Below, one piece after another: positions 9,686 to 20,268 of a stretch of DNA of 50,544 nucleotides. The number at the start of each line of letters is the position of its first letter. Position 1 is the first letter of the stretch. The notes under the pieces are model-generated. The model was not told the origin of the DNA. It did no database searches and saw only the letters and a list, made by a program, of their open reading frames with translations. Source of the stretch: a virus (lineage: Duplodnaviria > Caudoviricetes); IMG/VR virus record IMGVR_UViG_3300031786_000007, positions 1-50,544 of that record; one strand, 5' to 3'. Both the position numbers and the translations under genes were made by a program.

Positions 9686-12600
9686 ATGGCAAAAATAAGA
9701 TTAGATCTGAGCCAATTTAAAGCATCAGGTATATATACTGTAGAATTTGATGCTTCAGAAAGCATTGTTATCAATACTCAGACAACAAGATTAGTAGTAG
9801 GTTTCTCTAAGAAGGGGCCTATTAACGCACCGGTTTTCTGTAATGATGTTAAGACTGCAAGAAGAATTTTCGGAGACATAGATAAAGATCTTGAAAACAA
9901 AGGTTCTTTTTTCCATAGAAGTTTATTCACTTGTTTGGAAACAGGACCATGTTTCGCATTGAACTTAATGCCTTTGAATAACGACGTTACAACAGCTAAT
10001 GCAGATTATGTCAAGTATAAAAGTTTCTCATTAAGTTCTACTGAAGCTAATGGTACTGAAGAATCAGTTTTATTCAGTTCTTTCTTTAACAAAGAAAGAT
10101 TCTACTTTCCTGATACTTCATATTTTCTTGCTAACGTAAACTCTTCAACTTCACCTAACCAAGGGAAGTTATTTAATTTTGTAAACTTGGGGCAAACACC
10201 TTACAGTGTAATAATTAGAAAGACGGGAAGTTTACCTGGTTTTGATGTAACAGCAAGAGATTGGTTTGGACCTGGAAATGTTCCAGAATTTATAAAAGAA
10301 TTCGATTTCATATCTGATTACTTTGTTAGTATTGATATAGTAGGAGGAAACTGGACAGATTTTTCTACATTAAGCGCAGATCCTAGCTTTTCACAGTATT
10401 TTGATACTAGAGGAATTATCAAATCTAAATTGAATGATTTCTTGAACAACGCGCAAATTACAAGACTTGGATCTTTTCAAGGATCTATCATTCCCGATTT
10501 AGTAGATAACAATGGAGTAAACTATAGTATAGATACTATCATAAACTCAGCTATAGCTACTACAGGTCTTTTCTGTGCTCTTAATAGAGATGCATTAAAT
10601 GATTATGATGCTACTAGTACTGCAATATCGGGTAGAGTAGATATGATAGGTCACTCATTAATTAATTCAACTAATAGTTCTATTAATTTCCTTTCTTATA
10701 ACTTTACTTCTAAAGAATATGAAGATTTTACTGGAGTATCAACTCATACTCTAACTAATAATACTTATCAATACGATTTAGGTACTGCTGCTACAACAAA
10801 TTTACCAGCAGGAGCTGGTTATTTGCCTGCTACTAATGGTTACTATAGAAACGTACCATCTAAGGCTGCTTATCTTACAAGTTACTATGGTACAGGTAAT
10901 GAAGGTAAATTCAATAATATCTTAGTATTAAGAAAAGAATTTTTCAGCGCAACACAATACGCCGAATTATCTTCTCTTAAATCTGGATCATCTTTAGCAT
11001 TTGAAGGTGTTTCAGGTACAAAATTAGCTACGATAACTTCTGTCAATGAAGTTACAGTAGGATCTGATATTAGATTAAAGTTAGCAATTTCACATCCTGA
11101 TAAACAGACTGAAGGGACTACTGCCGGAAAAAATGCTCAGGTAATTTCAAAAACTAGTTCGACTATAGTAGTTAGTGGTGCAGGAGCTCTTGGAGATCTT
11201 AATCCTGGAAACTGGATTCTTGCAGAAAATACTGGTTTAAGATATTACTTTAGAGTAGTATCAGTTGCAGCATCAGGATCTGATACGGAGATTACAGTAG
11301 ATACAACAAATGCTGAATTCGAAGGAGCTACTAATATTGGATACATTAACACATTCTTTAAAGTTTACTGGGAGGCTACTTCAGGTAATGAAGGATCTTT
11401 ATTTGATGTAATAGATACCAATAGTACTATTACAACATTCAAAGTTGTTAAACAACCTGACGTATTTAAACATGTAGTAGTATCAGGACAACAAAGCTAT
11501 TATACAGGATATGAATTCTCTCCAGCTTATGTAGACTTCAATACCGGTATTTTATCTGATTCTGATATAGCTTATATAGCAGGACCTACTCCTCTTTATT
11601 TATCAGCATCTTTTGGATTTGACACTGATGCAGTTAAAACTGTTACTATCAAAGCTTACATCGATCCTTCTTTAACTATTGGATACACTGGAAGCTGGAC
11701 ATTTGCTGATATTAAAGATTCTTCAGGATCTTCTACAGGTTCTGATTTAAGAATTTACTCTTTAGTTGGAGATTATGCATCTACTGTTACTGCAACAGGT
11801 TTTAACACTACAAGAACTACTTGTTATGTATCAGCTATAGATGAAAGTAAAATACAAGTTGGACAATATTTAGTAGCTGATCCATTAAATTCAGGAAATA
11901 TATCTGATTATATTTTAACTAGAGTTATAAGTAAGAAGAAAATTTCTTCAGGTACTTATAGTGGATACTATGAAATAAATGTTAACCAGAGGCTAGCTAA
12001 TTATGGATCTGATATCATTAGATATAAATCTGTTGACCAAGCTACACCTGGATATCAACCTACTTACTTACCAGGATTTAAAATTACTAGCTATCATTTA
12101 CCTAACGGTTCAAATTCTCAACTAGCAAAAATCTTAGGTATGTTAGATGAAGCTAATTCAAACTTACCTGAAGCTTTATCAAGTAGACATATTATAGCTT
12201 TTAGATACATTATAGATACTTTCAACGGTGGATTGAATACGCAATCTTATCCAAAAAATATTGTAACTAAACTTGCTAAGAAAAGACAGAAATGTTTAGC
12301 TATCATGAATGCTCCATCAATTTCGCAATTTGTGGCAAGCACTGATCCTAGATTTACTGAATTACCATCTCAAACTGATCCAAAACCGTTACTTAAGACT
12401 CAATACATTGCAGACGGAGGTAACTTAACACTTGGACCTTCATTCACGTATTCTTTACCTGATGAAGATAACGGAGCAAAATTCTCAGGTTTCTTTGCAC
12501 CATTCTTAGTGATCAGAGAAAACAACAAGAATTTCAGTATTCCACCGGCTGCAGATGTTTCAAATAATTTTATCCGTAAATTTATCAACGGACAACCTTA

Positions 12601-13123
12601 TTCAATTGTAGCAGGTCCAAGACGAGGTGTTCTTTCAAATCCTAAACTTGTAGGTTTAGAATATGATTTCTCTGATAAAGATAGAGATTATTTAGAGCCG
12701 ATGGGTTGGAACCCGATAGTATTCAGAAGAGGAATTGGATTCATGATTCATGGTAATCAATCTGCATACCAGAAAACTCCTTCAGCATTCAATAATTTAC
12801 ACGTTAGAGATTTGTTAATCACTGTAGAAGAAGCTGTAGAAGATGTATTAGCTAATTTCTTATTCGAATTCAACGATGCTTCTACAAGATTGCAAATTAA
12901 ATCAATTGTAGATGCTTACTTAGATGGAGTAAGATCAGGTGGAGGAATTTACGATTTTGCTACTATCATGGATGAATCTAATAACACTCCAGATATTATC
13001 GATCAAAATTTCGCTATCCTAGACATTGGTATAGAACCTGCAAGAGGAGCACAGAAATTTATCAACAGAGTAACTGTTCTTAAAACTGGAGGAATTGCGT
13101 CAGGAGGATTTACTATAGCATAA
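9686..13123 (+). CDS. contractile tail sheath protein (gp18-like)
   Basis: SGIYTVEFD, VVGFSKKGPIN, AGPRRG, NNLHVRDLL, FEFND, MDESNNTPDIID. Confidence 0.93.
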   Translation: MAKIRLDLSQFKASGIYTVEFDASESIVINTQTTRLVVGFSKKGPINAPVFCNDVKTARRIFGDIDKDLENKGSFFHRSLFTCLETGPCFALNLMPLNNDVTTANADYVKYKSFSLSSTEANGTEESVLFSSFFNKERFYFPDTSYFLANVNSSTSPNQGKLFNFVNLGQTPYSVIIRKTGSLPGFDVTARDWFGPGNVPEFIKEFDFISDYFVSIDIVGGNWTDFSTLSADPSFSQYFDTRGIIKSKLNDFLNNAQITRLGSFQGSIIPDLVDNNGVNYSIDTIINSAIATTGLFCALNRDALNDYDATSTAISGRVDMIGHSLINSTNSSINFLSYNFTSKEYEDFTGVSTHTLTNNTYQYDLGTAATTNLPAGAGYLPATNGYYRNVPSKAAYLTSYYGTGNEGKFNNILVLRKEFFSATQYAELSSLKSGSSLAFEGVSGTKLATITSVNEVTVGSDIRLKLAISHPDKQTEGTTAGKNAQVISKTSSTIVVSGAGALGDLNPGNWILAENTGLRYYFRVVSVAASGSDTEITVDTTNAEFEGATNIGYINTFFKVYWEATSGNEGSLFDVIDTNSTITTFKVVKQPDVFKHVVVSGQQSYYTGYEFSPAYVDFNTGILSDSDIAYIAGPTPLYLSASFGFDTDAVKTVTIKAYIDPSLTIGYTGSWTFADIKDSSGSSTGSDLRIYSLVGDYASTVTATGFNTTRTTCYVSAIDESKIQVGQYLVADPLNSGNISDYILTRVISKKKISSGTYSGYYEINVNQRLANYGSDIIRYKSVDQATPGYQPTYLPGFKITSYHLPNGSNSQLAKILGMLDEANSNLPEALSSRHIIAFRYIIDTFNGGLNTQSYPKNIVTKLAKKRQKCLAIMNAPSISQFVASTDPRFTELPSQTDPKPLLKTQYIADGGNLTLGPSFTYSLPDEDNGAKFSGFFAPFLVIRENNKNFSIPPAADVSNNFIRKFINGQPYSIVAGPRRGVLSNPKLVGLEYDFSDKDRDYLEPMGWNPIVFRRGIGFMIHGNQSAYQKTPSAFNNLHVRDLLITVEEAVEDVLANFLFEFNDASTRLQIKSIVDAYLDGVRSGGGIYDFATIMDESNNTPDIIDQNFAILDIGIEPARGAQKFINRVTVLKTGGIASGGFTIA

Positions 13124-13180
13124 TCTAGTAAAAACTAACTTTTGAAAAGATAAATAAAAAAGATAAAAAACTTTAATAGT

Positions 13181-13747
13181 ATGGCAAAGTTACCACATTA
13201 CAAAAATTCAAAGGCTTCTATGGAGAAGTACGAACCGGTTTACCTTAACTTGTTTGAGATTACTATTCAACCTCCTAAAGGTCTTCCAAACTGGACTACT
13301 CCATTGTTAATGGAACAAGTTATCAAAGTTGGTGGTCTTGATGTAGATAAAACTCCTCCTGCAGGCGTGCAACAAACTTACAAAGGGTGGACAAGATCTT
13401 ACGCAAACTCTAAGCTAGATCAAACTTTTGTGGACATCACGATAGATTTTGAGGTCAACTTAGACGATGCCAACTCTATGTATATGTATAAAGGTTTAAA
13501 AGCTTGGTGTAACAGAATATTCGACCCATTGACAGGTGCTATGAGTTTGAAGAAAGATTACGCTGGTGGACCTATGGTTTTAGAAGCTTATACACGTGTA
13601 GGTGATGTGTTCAGAAGATACACTTTTGATGTAGTATGGCCAACAACTAATATCAACGCTATCGAATTTGACTACGCATCAACGGATAAGTATACAATAT
13701 CAGGTTTCACGTTCAGAGCAGATTACTGGAACGATACTACTGCATAA
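13181..13747 (+). CDS. tail tube protein (gp19-like)
   Basis: follows sheath; NLFEITI, YTFDVVWPTTNI, FRADYW; 188 aa. Confidence 0.85.
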   Translation: MAKLPHYKNSKASMEKYEPVYLNLFEITIQPPKGLPNWTTPLLMEQVIKVGGLDVDKTPPAGVQQTYKGWTRSYANSKLDQTFVDITIDFEVNLDDANSMYMYKGLKAWCNRIFDPLTGAMSLKKDYAGGPMVLEAYTRVGDVFRRYTFDVVWPTTNINAIEFDYASTDKYTISGFTFRADYWNDTTA

Positions 13748-13766
13748 TTTTTATAAATTTTTTACC

Positions 13767-13796
13767 GAAAAGGAGCTCTATTCAGAGCTCCTTTTC
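13767..13796 (+). terminator. intrinsic terminator
   Basis: GAAAAGGAGCTCT-ATTC-AGAGCTCCTTTTC. Confidence 0.85.
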
Positions 13797-13885
13797 TGTT
13801 TATCAGAACCCTTTTAAAGACTATCTAAAATAATTATCTCGCAGTAGTCTAAAAAGAGAGAGATAAATAAAAAAACTTACAAAAA

Positions 13886-14851
13886 ATGGATCAAAATCAG
13901 AATGACTTTCAAGATGAGGCTAGACGCTTAATCGAAGAGAGAGAAAAAAATCTAAGTGTAATTCCTGAAGAATCTGAAGAATCTGAAAGAAAAAGTCTTG
14001 GAAAAGTTCATCTTTTCGAAGAAGAGAAAACAGTTATAGAAGATATCGGTTGGATTAGAGTTAAACTAGATTCGCTGCCTTCTCAAGGTATTTTTTACCC
14101 AGACGGAACCGAAATAACTATTAGAGCTGCTATGGCTGCAGAGATTCGTCACTGGTCTACTATAGATGAAGAGGATTTATTAAGCTTAGATGATGCTTTA
14201 AATAGAATAGTAGATAAATGTTGTAAAATAAGATTTCCTAGACAAATGGGAAATTTTAAAGATCTTAAAGAGATTGATAGATTTTTCATCGTTTTTGCTA
14301 TTAGAGAATATACATTCAAAAAAGGAGAGAATGCATTAAATGTTTCTTTTGACTGTAAAAATTGTGGTAAACAAGATACACGTCCTATCGTAAAAGAAAT
14401 GTTATCTTATTATACTCCAGCTGATGAATTACAACCTAGATTTTCTGAAGAAGAACGTTGTTTCCATTTGAGACTACAAAACGGAGAAGAAATAAAACTT
14501 TATTTACCTACTTTAGGTACGATGTCTTTTATTAAAACATACTTAAGAGAAAAAGCTCAGACTAAAGAAGATTACGACAAAGCCTTTTTAAGATGGGCGC
14601 CGTTTGTTTTCCCTGACTGGAGACTGTTAAATTCAGCTTCTTATCATAAAACTCTTCAAGATTCTTATGCATGGTCATTAGACAAAATTTCAGTTGTTGA
14701 CTGGTTTGTTGATAAAATGCAAAAGACAGTTAATGCAAATTTAAAAAATGAATGTTCAGGGTGCGGCACGGAGGTAGAGGCACCCCTTAACTTTCGAGGC
14801 GGAGTCAAAAGTCTTTTCCTTGTTTCAGATATCTCTTCAAAACTTTTATGA
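13886..14851 (+). CDS. baseplate hub / tail assembly protein (T4 gp26-like)
   Basis: LPSQGIFY, DRFFIVFAIRE, CKNCG and CSGCG pairs; located between tube and tape measure. Confidence 0.7.
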   Translation: MDQNQNDFQDEARRLIEEREKNLSVIPEESEESERKSLGKVHLFEEEKTVIEDIGWIRVKLDSLPSQGIFYPDGTEITIRAAMAAEIRHWSTIDEEDLLSLDDALNRIVDKCCKIRFPRQMGNFKDLKEIDRFFIVFAIREYTFKKGENALNVSFDCKNCGKQDTRPIVKEMLSYYTPADELQPRFSEEERCFHLRLQNGEEIKLYLPTLGTMSFIKTYLREKAQTKEDYDKAFLRWAPFVFPDWRLLNSASYHKTLQDSYAWSLDKISVVDWFVDKMQKTVNANLKNECSGCGTEVEAPLNFRGGVKSLFLVSDISSKLL

Positions 14852-15107
14852 TCTTAGAGCAGCACTTCTTAAGTATTCGCATTTACAGCCATCTGAAATG
14901 GACAAGATGGCCTTCTATGAATTAGAAGAATTGGTGGATAGTTTAAAAATGCTAGCTGAAAAAGAAGAAGAAGATAGAAAGAAAAAGGAAGGAAATGGCG
15001 GAAACAACAGTTTCAATATGAGCCAAATGCAAAGACAAATGAAAAGCATGTCACCGAACATGCCAAGTATGCCAAACATGCCTTCGTTTCCTAACATGAA
15101 TTTTTAA
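14820..15107 (+). CDS. small baseplate/tail assembly chaperone-like ORF (start uncertain, possible frameshift product)
   Basis: SLQNFYDL...SEMDKMAFYELE resembles the small ORF following gp26-like genes; only a TTG start upstream of this segment; overlaps previous gene in +1 frame. Confidence 0.55.
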   Translation: MFQISLQNFYDLRAALLKYSHLQPSEMDKMAFYELEELVDSLKMLAEKEEEDRKKKEGNGGNNSFNMSQMQRQMKSMSPNMPSMPNMPSFPNMNF

Positions 15108-15147
15108 TTCTAGGAAAGAATATATAGAAAAATGATTTTCTAGAGTT

Positions 15148-18100
15148 TTGAACGACAAGCAATTTGATATTCTGATAGGGATTTCTCGTAACATGGAGAA
15201 ATCCCTATCAGCTATCCAATCTGGATTGGATAAAAAATCCGATAAAGCCGACAAGAAAGTCGGCAAAGCAGGAGCTATTTTAGGAGGATTAGGTTCTTCT
15301 CTAGAATCTCTTATCGCTTCTGTTGCGGTCATGTCATTTGACGCAAAGAAAGGTGAAGATGTAATCGTATTTTCTGAGAAATTAGTAGAAGTGGCTAATA
15401 AAGTCACTAGTTCTGCAGCGAAAGATTTTGGTGAATTTGCAAAAGGATTAGGTGATGCTTTTGACGTGTTATTAAAAGTGATGACACCTATGAAACTTTT
15501 GAAGTTAAAATTAGCTTCAAAAATATTATTCGAAGGCAAAAAACCTCTTCTAGCTAGACTTATTGGAGGTATGCAAGATGCGTTTAAAGATTTAGACAGC
15601 AAAAAGTCAGCAGAGGGAGCAAAAGCTCTCAAAAATACAGCAGAAGGTTTATTATCACTAACTAAAGCACTAGGAGGGTTAATTCTAATGGGATTAGCAG
15701 CTCCATTAGTTCTCTTGGGAGCTCTGGTAGCTAGAGGTGTGGCTGCTCTTTTCGTAGGAATAGGAGCTAAAGCTGAACAACTAGAAGACGGTGCTAAAGC
15801 TTTTAAAACAATGGGTAAAGGGATACTGTGGTTGACTGCGGGTCTTGCTGCATTAACTTTAGCAATAATGGCTATTGGACCGGGTAAAATTCTCGAAGGT
15901 GTAGCAGTTATAAGTGCATTTGCTCTAGTCTTTACTGCAATAGGTTTAGCATCTAAACAGATAACTAAAGGTGCTAAAGCTCTTGGAATGATAGGGTTAG
16001 GGTTATTAGCGTTTTCCATGGGTCTTGCTTCACTTATGCTAGCTGTAATAATATCTACACCAGCACTTATCTTACAAGGTATGCTTATGATAGCTGGATT
16101 TGGATTAGTATTTGCTATTCTAGGTTTAGCCGATAAATACATAGCAACAGGCGCATTACTACTTATTGGAATGTCAATAGCATTATTCTTGTTTTCAGGA
16201 GGATTAATGATATTTGGATTAGCATTACAGCTTTTTGATTATGAAACAGCTTTATTAGGTGGAATTGTAATTGCTGGTCTAGGAGGAGCTTTATGGTTAA
16301 TAGGCAAACTAGATAGTAAAGGCTGGGTATCCAGAGGCTCTATTGCTTTAGCTGAAATGGGAGTTGCGTTAGGTTTATTCTCAGTTGGTTTAGCTATCTT
16401 TGGTTTAGCTATCAAACTTTTTGATTTTGAAACTGTTATATTAGGAGCGTTTACTATTGCTGCTCTAGGAACTGCAGTAGGTTTGTTAGGTCTAATGTCT
16501 GGATCAATAATACCAGGAGCTTTTGCTTTAGCCGAAATAGGAGTTGCTTTATTAACATTCAGTATAGGTGTATTAGCTTATGGGGTAGCTATTAAGCTTT
16601 TACAATTTATATTTGATGATCTATCACAAGCTGGTAAAGTCGCAGGTGGAATCATACTGGGGATAGGATTAGCTTTTGCTGTTGTGGGTAGTATGTCAGG
16701 TGCTATTATCCCTGGAGCTGCCGCTGTCACTGCAATAGGAGGAGCCCTATTCTCTTTTAGTATTGGGATACTAGTATTTGGTGTCGCAATTAGATTATTG
16801 CAGACTATGTTTGATGATCTAACAGAAGCTGGTAAAATAGCCGGAAGTATCATTATAGGATTAGGATTAGCATTCTCTATAATAGGAGCACTTTCAGCGC
16901 CTATAATTTTAGGAGCAGGCGCAATAGCTCTAATGGGAGTGTCTTTAGTTATATTCTCAGCAGGTATTATGGTATTTGCTGGAGCTATTAAACTGATACA
17001 AACTATTTTTGATGATCTTTCAGAAGCTGGTAAAATAGCCGGCGGAATTATTTTAGGATTAGGTTTAGCTTATAGTACTATAGGTCTAATGTCACCTCTT
17101 GTCATACTAGGTTCAGTTGCAATGACTTTGATTGGGACTACTTTATTAGTATATTCAATAGGACTTGCTGTTTTTGCTGGAGCTGTTAAATTAGCTACAA
17201 TGGCTGTAGGTTCAGATGTAGATACACTAGGAGATAAATTTTCAGGCATTATTACAGGAATTGGATGGGCTATATCTGAAATGGGTCTTTTAATTGTACC
17301 TATATCATTAGGTACAGCTTCTTTAGCTCTCATGGGCACTTCATTGGCATTCGCAGGAGCAGGCATACTAGCATTCGGAGGAGCTTTATCGGTATTAAAT
17401 TCTCAAGGTCTTTTAATAGAGGGAAAAGATGGAGAAACTATCAAAGGATTAGGAGTTCTGCAATCAATAGCTACTGCTATGGCAGGAGTAGGTTGGACAT
17501 TCTTAACTGAACCTTGGACTTTACTAGGTATTTCTAGCTCCATAGGCATGGGAGCCTCTTTATTAGTTTTAGGTGGAGGTTTATACATGGCAGCAGAAGC
17601 TTTGGCAAAGATACCTGACATGTCAAGGTTTGTAGAAGATTTGTTTTCTGAAAAAGGATTAATTCCAGTAATGGCAGAAGCTTTTGCTAATATAGGTAAT
17701 AAGTATTCTGGAGGAGTTTTAGGTTTCTTAGCTGGTATTGTAGGTGCAGATCCAGTATCTAGAGGTATGAGAACCGTTTCTGGATTAGGTGAAGCTTTGA
17801 AACAGATTGCAGGCGGTATAGTTGCTTTTTCAGATTTTACAGCTTTTCCTGTACTTGCACCAAATCCTAAAGATCCTTCTAAGCTCATATATAGTACAGT
17901 AGATATATTCGGCCAAGTTATCCCTAATATTCAAACTTTCTTGCCGCCGATGTTGACCGCGTTGGCTAACGTCTTTGCGGATATCGGTAATTTATACGGA
18001 GGTTCCGATGGTGGCTGGTTTAAACCTAATGATCCTAGCCCTGTTAGAAAAGGTATAGATGCTATAAGTGGTCTAGGTGGAGTTTTACAAGAAATTGCAG

Positions 18101-20025
18101 GTAGTATAGTTGCATTCGCTAATTTTGATGCATTTCCTATTAAAGTACCAGATCCTAAAGATCCTTCTAAATTAGTTTATCAATCTGTAAACCTTTGGGA
18201 TGTTATTCCTAAGATAAAGGATACTTTATTAGGTGGTGGAGAAGTTGGAAGTGGAGGTTTAATATTTGCTTTAGCTGATGTATTTGCTGAAATAGGACGC
18301 AGATACGGAGGAAAAGAAGGTGGATGGTTTACTGCAGATGACCCTAGCCCAGTTAGAAAAGGTATAGATGCAATCTCTGGATTAGGAAATGAATTACAAT
18401 CCCTAGTTGGAGCTATAGTCAAGTTTGCTAACTTTGAATCATTTCCTATTCAGATACCGGACGCTAATGATCCTTCTAAATTAGTTTATAAATCTGTCAA
18501 TTTAAGTGAAGTTATCCCTAAAATGCAAAAAACATTATTAGGTGATGGTAGCATAGCCGGCGGAGGTCTTATATTATCTCTTGCGGATATGTTCGCTAAA
18601 ATTGGAGAAAGATATGGAGGCACTGAAGGTGGATGGTTTACTTCAGGCTCAGAGAGTCCTGTTAGAAAAGGTATAGATGCTATATCAGGTTTAGGTAAAG
18701 AGCTTGAATCTGTGGTTGGTGCTGTTATCAAATTTGCAAACTTTGAAACTTTTCCTGTACAAGTTCCAGACCCTAAAAATCCATCTAAATTAATTTATCA
18801 ATCAGTTAATTTATTAGATGTTATACCAAAAATGCAGAATATCTTAGTAGGAGATATGAGTGTTAATGGTAAAGTTTCCGGAAAAGAAGGTTTATTAATG
18901 TCTTTAGCTAAAATATTTTCTAATATAGGAGCTAAGTACGGAGCAGATGGATTTGTATCTCAAAATGGCGTCAAAGAAGGTATACAAGCCGTGTCAGGAA
19001 TTGGTAAAGTATTAAGTGATATCGCAGGAGGTATCTTAGCATTTGGAGAAATAGAAAGAGGAATCCCAATATACAATGAAAAAGGTAAAATAAAAGAATA
19101 TCGTCCGTTTGATATGGTTAAGATCGAAACTACGATCAAAAACGTATTAACTATGATACCTAAAGTTTTTCAAGGTCTTGATATCGATCAAATAGAAAAA
19201 GCTAATGAGATTGCAGATAAAGCTAAGCCTTTAGCTCAAACTATAGGAAAGATAGCCGAAACTTTCCAAAAATTAATGGTAGAAGATAACAAGAAAAAGA
19301 AAAGTGTTATAGGAGATCTAGGTCCTGCTCTAAAACAATTTATCACTGACACAAAAGATTTACAGATAGACGATGAAAAAACTAAGTCTCTAGATAAATT
19401 TGCAAATGTTTTAGAAAAATTGTCTAAAACTGGTAAAGGATTAGGAGAATTTGCAGATAGTTTATCTAAGACTTCTAAATCTTTCAACTTGTTTACTCCA
19501 GCATTCGAGAAATTTTCTACTAACTTAGATAAGTTTGCTAGATTTGAAACTTCATTTTCAAATCTCGTTAAAAATCAAAGCCATTACAGATTTGATCTTT
19601 TTGCTAAATCTATGGGTACTTTAAAAGAGCACGTTAATACTTTTAATGTTGAAAATTTAAAGGTAACTGATTCATTGATGAAGTCACTGGCGATACTTTC
19701 GAAGTCACCAGATACACTAGGAGAACAGATTAAAGAATCCATTGGTGAAGCATTTGATGGCCTTGTGGAAGCTTTAAAGAAACTAGTTAAAGAAATGGCA
19801 CCATCACCACAAGTAGTTGTATCGAATGGAGGAGGGGCTGAGGAGAAAAAGACTGATGAGAAATCTGATAAAACTCAAAATAAAGTAGTCCATCATCAAC
19901 AAACTATTCACCAACCACCTGTTCAACAACAATTAACGACGAGTCAGATATCAGCTGCATTTGTAGATGCATTAAATACATTTGCAAACAGTAAGAAAAA
20001 AATATCAGTTGATCCAACTCCGTAA
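15148..20025 (+). CDS. tape measure protein
   Basis: 1625 aa, Ala/Gly-rich hydrophobic repeats, position after tube and hub; TTG start after AATATATAG motif (15119-15127). Confidence 0.85.
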   Translation: MNDKQFDILIGISRNMEKSLSAIQSGLDKKSDKADKKVGKAGAILGGLGSSLESLIASVAVMSFDAKKGEDVIVFSEKLVEVANKVTSSAAKDFGEFAKGLGDAFDVLLKVMTPMKLLKLKLASKILFEGKKPLLARLIGGMQDAFKDLDSKKSAEGAKALKNTAEGLLSLTKALGGLILMGLAAPLVLLGALVARGVAALFVGIGAKAEQLEDGAKAFKTMGKGILWLTAGLAALTLAIMAIGPGKILEGVAVISAFALVFTAIGLASKQITKGAKALGMIGLGLLAFSMGLASLMLAVIISTPALILQGMLMIAGFGLVFAILGLADKYIATGALLLIGMSIALFLFSGGLMIFGLALQLFDYETALLGGIVIAGLGGALWLIGKLDSKGWVSRGSIALAEMGVALGLFSVGLAIFGLAIKLFDFETVILGAFTIAALGTAVGLLGLMSGSIIPGAFALAEIGVALLTFSIGVLAYGVAIKLLQFIFDDLSQAGKVAGGIILGIGLAFAVVGSMSGAIIPGAAAVTAIGGALFSFSIGILVFGVAIRLLQTMFDDLTEAGKIAGSIIIGLGLAFSIIGALSAPIILGAGAIALMGVSLVIFSAGIMVFAGAIKLIQTIFDDLSEAGKIAGGIILGLGLAYSTIGLMSPLVILGSVAMTLIGTTLLVYSIGLAVFAGAVKLATMAVGSDVDTLGDKFSGIITGIGWAISEMGLLIVPISLGTASLALMGTSLAFAGAGILAFGGALSVLNSQGLLIEGKDGETIKGLGVLQSIATAMAGVGWTFLTEPWTLLGISSSIGMGASLLVLGGGLYMAAEALAKIPDMSRFVEDLFSEKGLIPVMAEAFANIGNKYSGGVLGFLAGIVGADPVSRGMRTVSGLGEALKQIAGGIVAFSDFTAFPVLAPNPKDPSKLIYSTVDIFGQVIPNIQTFLPPMLTALANVFADIGNLYGGSDGGWFKPNDPSPVRKGIDAISGLGGVLQEIAGSIVAFANFDAFPIKVPDPKDPSKLVYQSVNLWDVIPKIKDTLLGGGEVGSGGLIFALADVFAEIGRRYGGKEGGWFTADDPSPVRKGIDAISGLGNELQSLVGAIVKFANFESFPIQIPDANDPSKLVYKSVNLSEVIPKMQKTLLGDGSIAGGGLILSLADMFAKIGERYGGTEGGWFTSGSESPVRKGIDAISGLGKELESVVGAVIKFANFETFPVQVPDPKNPSKLIYQSVNLLDVIPKMQNILVGDMSVNGKVSGKEGLLMSLAKIFSNIGAKYGADGFVSQNGVKEGIQAVSGIGKVLSDIAGGILAFGEIERGIPIYNEKGKIKEYRPFDMVKIETTIKNVLTMIPKVFQGLDIDQIEKANEIADKAKPLAQTIGKIAETFQKLMVEDNKKKKSVIGDLGPALKQFITDTKDLQIDDEKTKSLDKFANVLEKLSKTGKGLGEFADSLSKTSKSFNLFTPAFEKFSTNLDKFARFETSFSNLVKNQSHYRFDLFAKSMGTLKEHVNTFNVENLKVTDSLMKSLAILSKSPDTLGEQIKESIGEAFDGLVEALKKLVKEMAPSPQVVVSNGGGAEEKKTDEKSDKTQNKVVHHQQTIHQPPVQQQLTTSQISAAFVDALNTFANSKKKISVDPTP
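17750..19040 (+). repeat. ~103-aa internal repeats of tape measure protein
   Basis: GTTAGAAAAGGTATAGATGC at 18043, 18352, 18661 (exact 309-nt period); SPVRKGIDAISGLG and DPSKL.Y.SVNL units with degenerate flanking copies. Confidence 0.85.
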
Positions 20026-20039
20026 AAATTAATAGATTT

Positions 20040-20240
20040 ATGAAATTGATAGATTTTAAACTATTTGAAAAAGATACTGAGAAATACAAAGCACCTGAGT
20101 ATGTTGTGCAACCAGCTGCCAATGATAAAGGTTTCTTTATGTTTAAAGCGCAGTTTGACTCATTACATGGGAAGAAAAAAGATAAAACTAAACAAAAATT
20201 TTCTCCTAGTATTAAATGGAAGTTTGCTGATGAGATCTGA
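20040..20240 (+). CDS. small hypothetical protein with capsid-targeting-like N-terminus
   Basis: MKLIDFKLFEK start; follows tape measure gene. Confidence 0.55.
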   Translation: MKLIDFKLFEKDTEKYKAPEYVVQPAANDKGFFMFKAQFDSLHGKKKDKTKQKFSPSIKWKFADEI

Positions 20241-20243
20241 TCA

Positions 20244-20268
20244 GAACTTTTTTCTGGCTGCCATATTA
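20244..20268 (+). promoter_or_regulatory. putative ECF-type promoter GAACT-N15-TATTA
   Basis: recurrent motif; upstream of ORF 20292 and the sigma gene. Confidence 0.5.

Noticed and set aside
15048-15104. Short tandem repeats (MPSMPNMPS; also GAAGAATCT at ~13967 and AGAAACTTT at ~4642)
   Set aside because: Low-complexity coding slippage with no further structure
15051-19487. Long minus-strand ORFs opposite the tape measure gene (e.g. 15051-16142, 363 aa)
   Set aside because: Antisense shadows of biased Ala/Gly/Leu codon use; no motifs or promoters. The same applies to the other short minus-strand ORFs inside + strand genes
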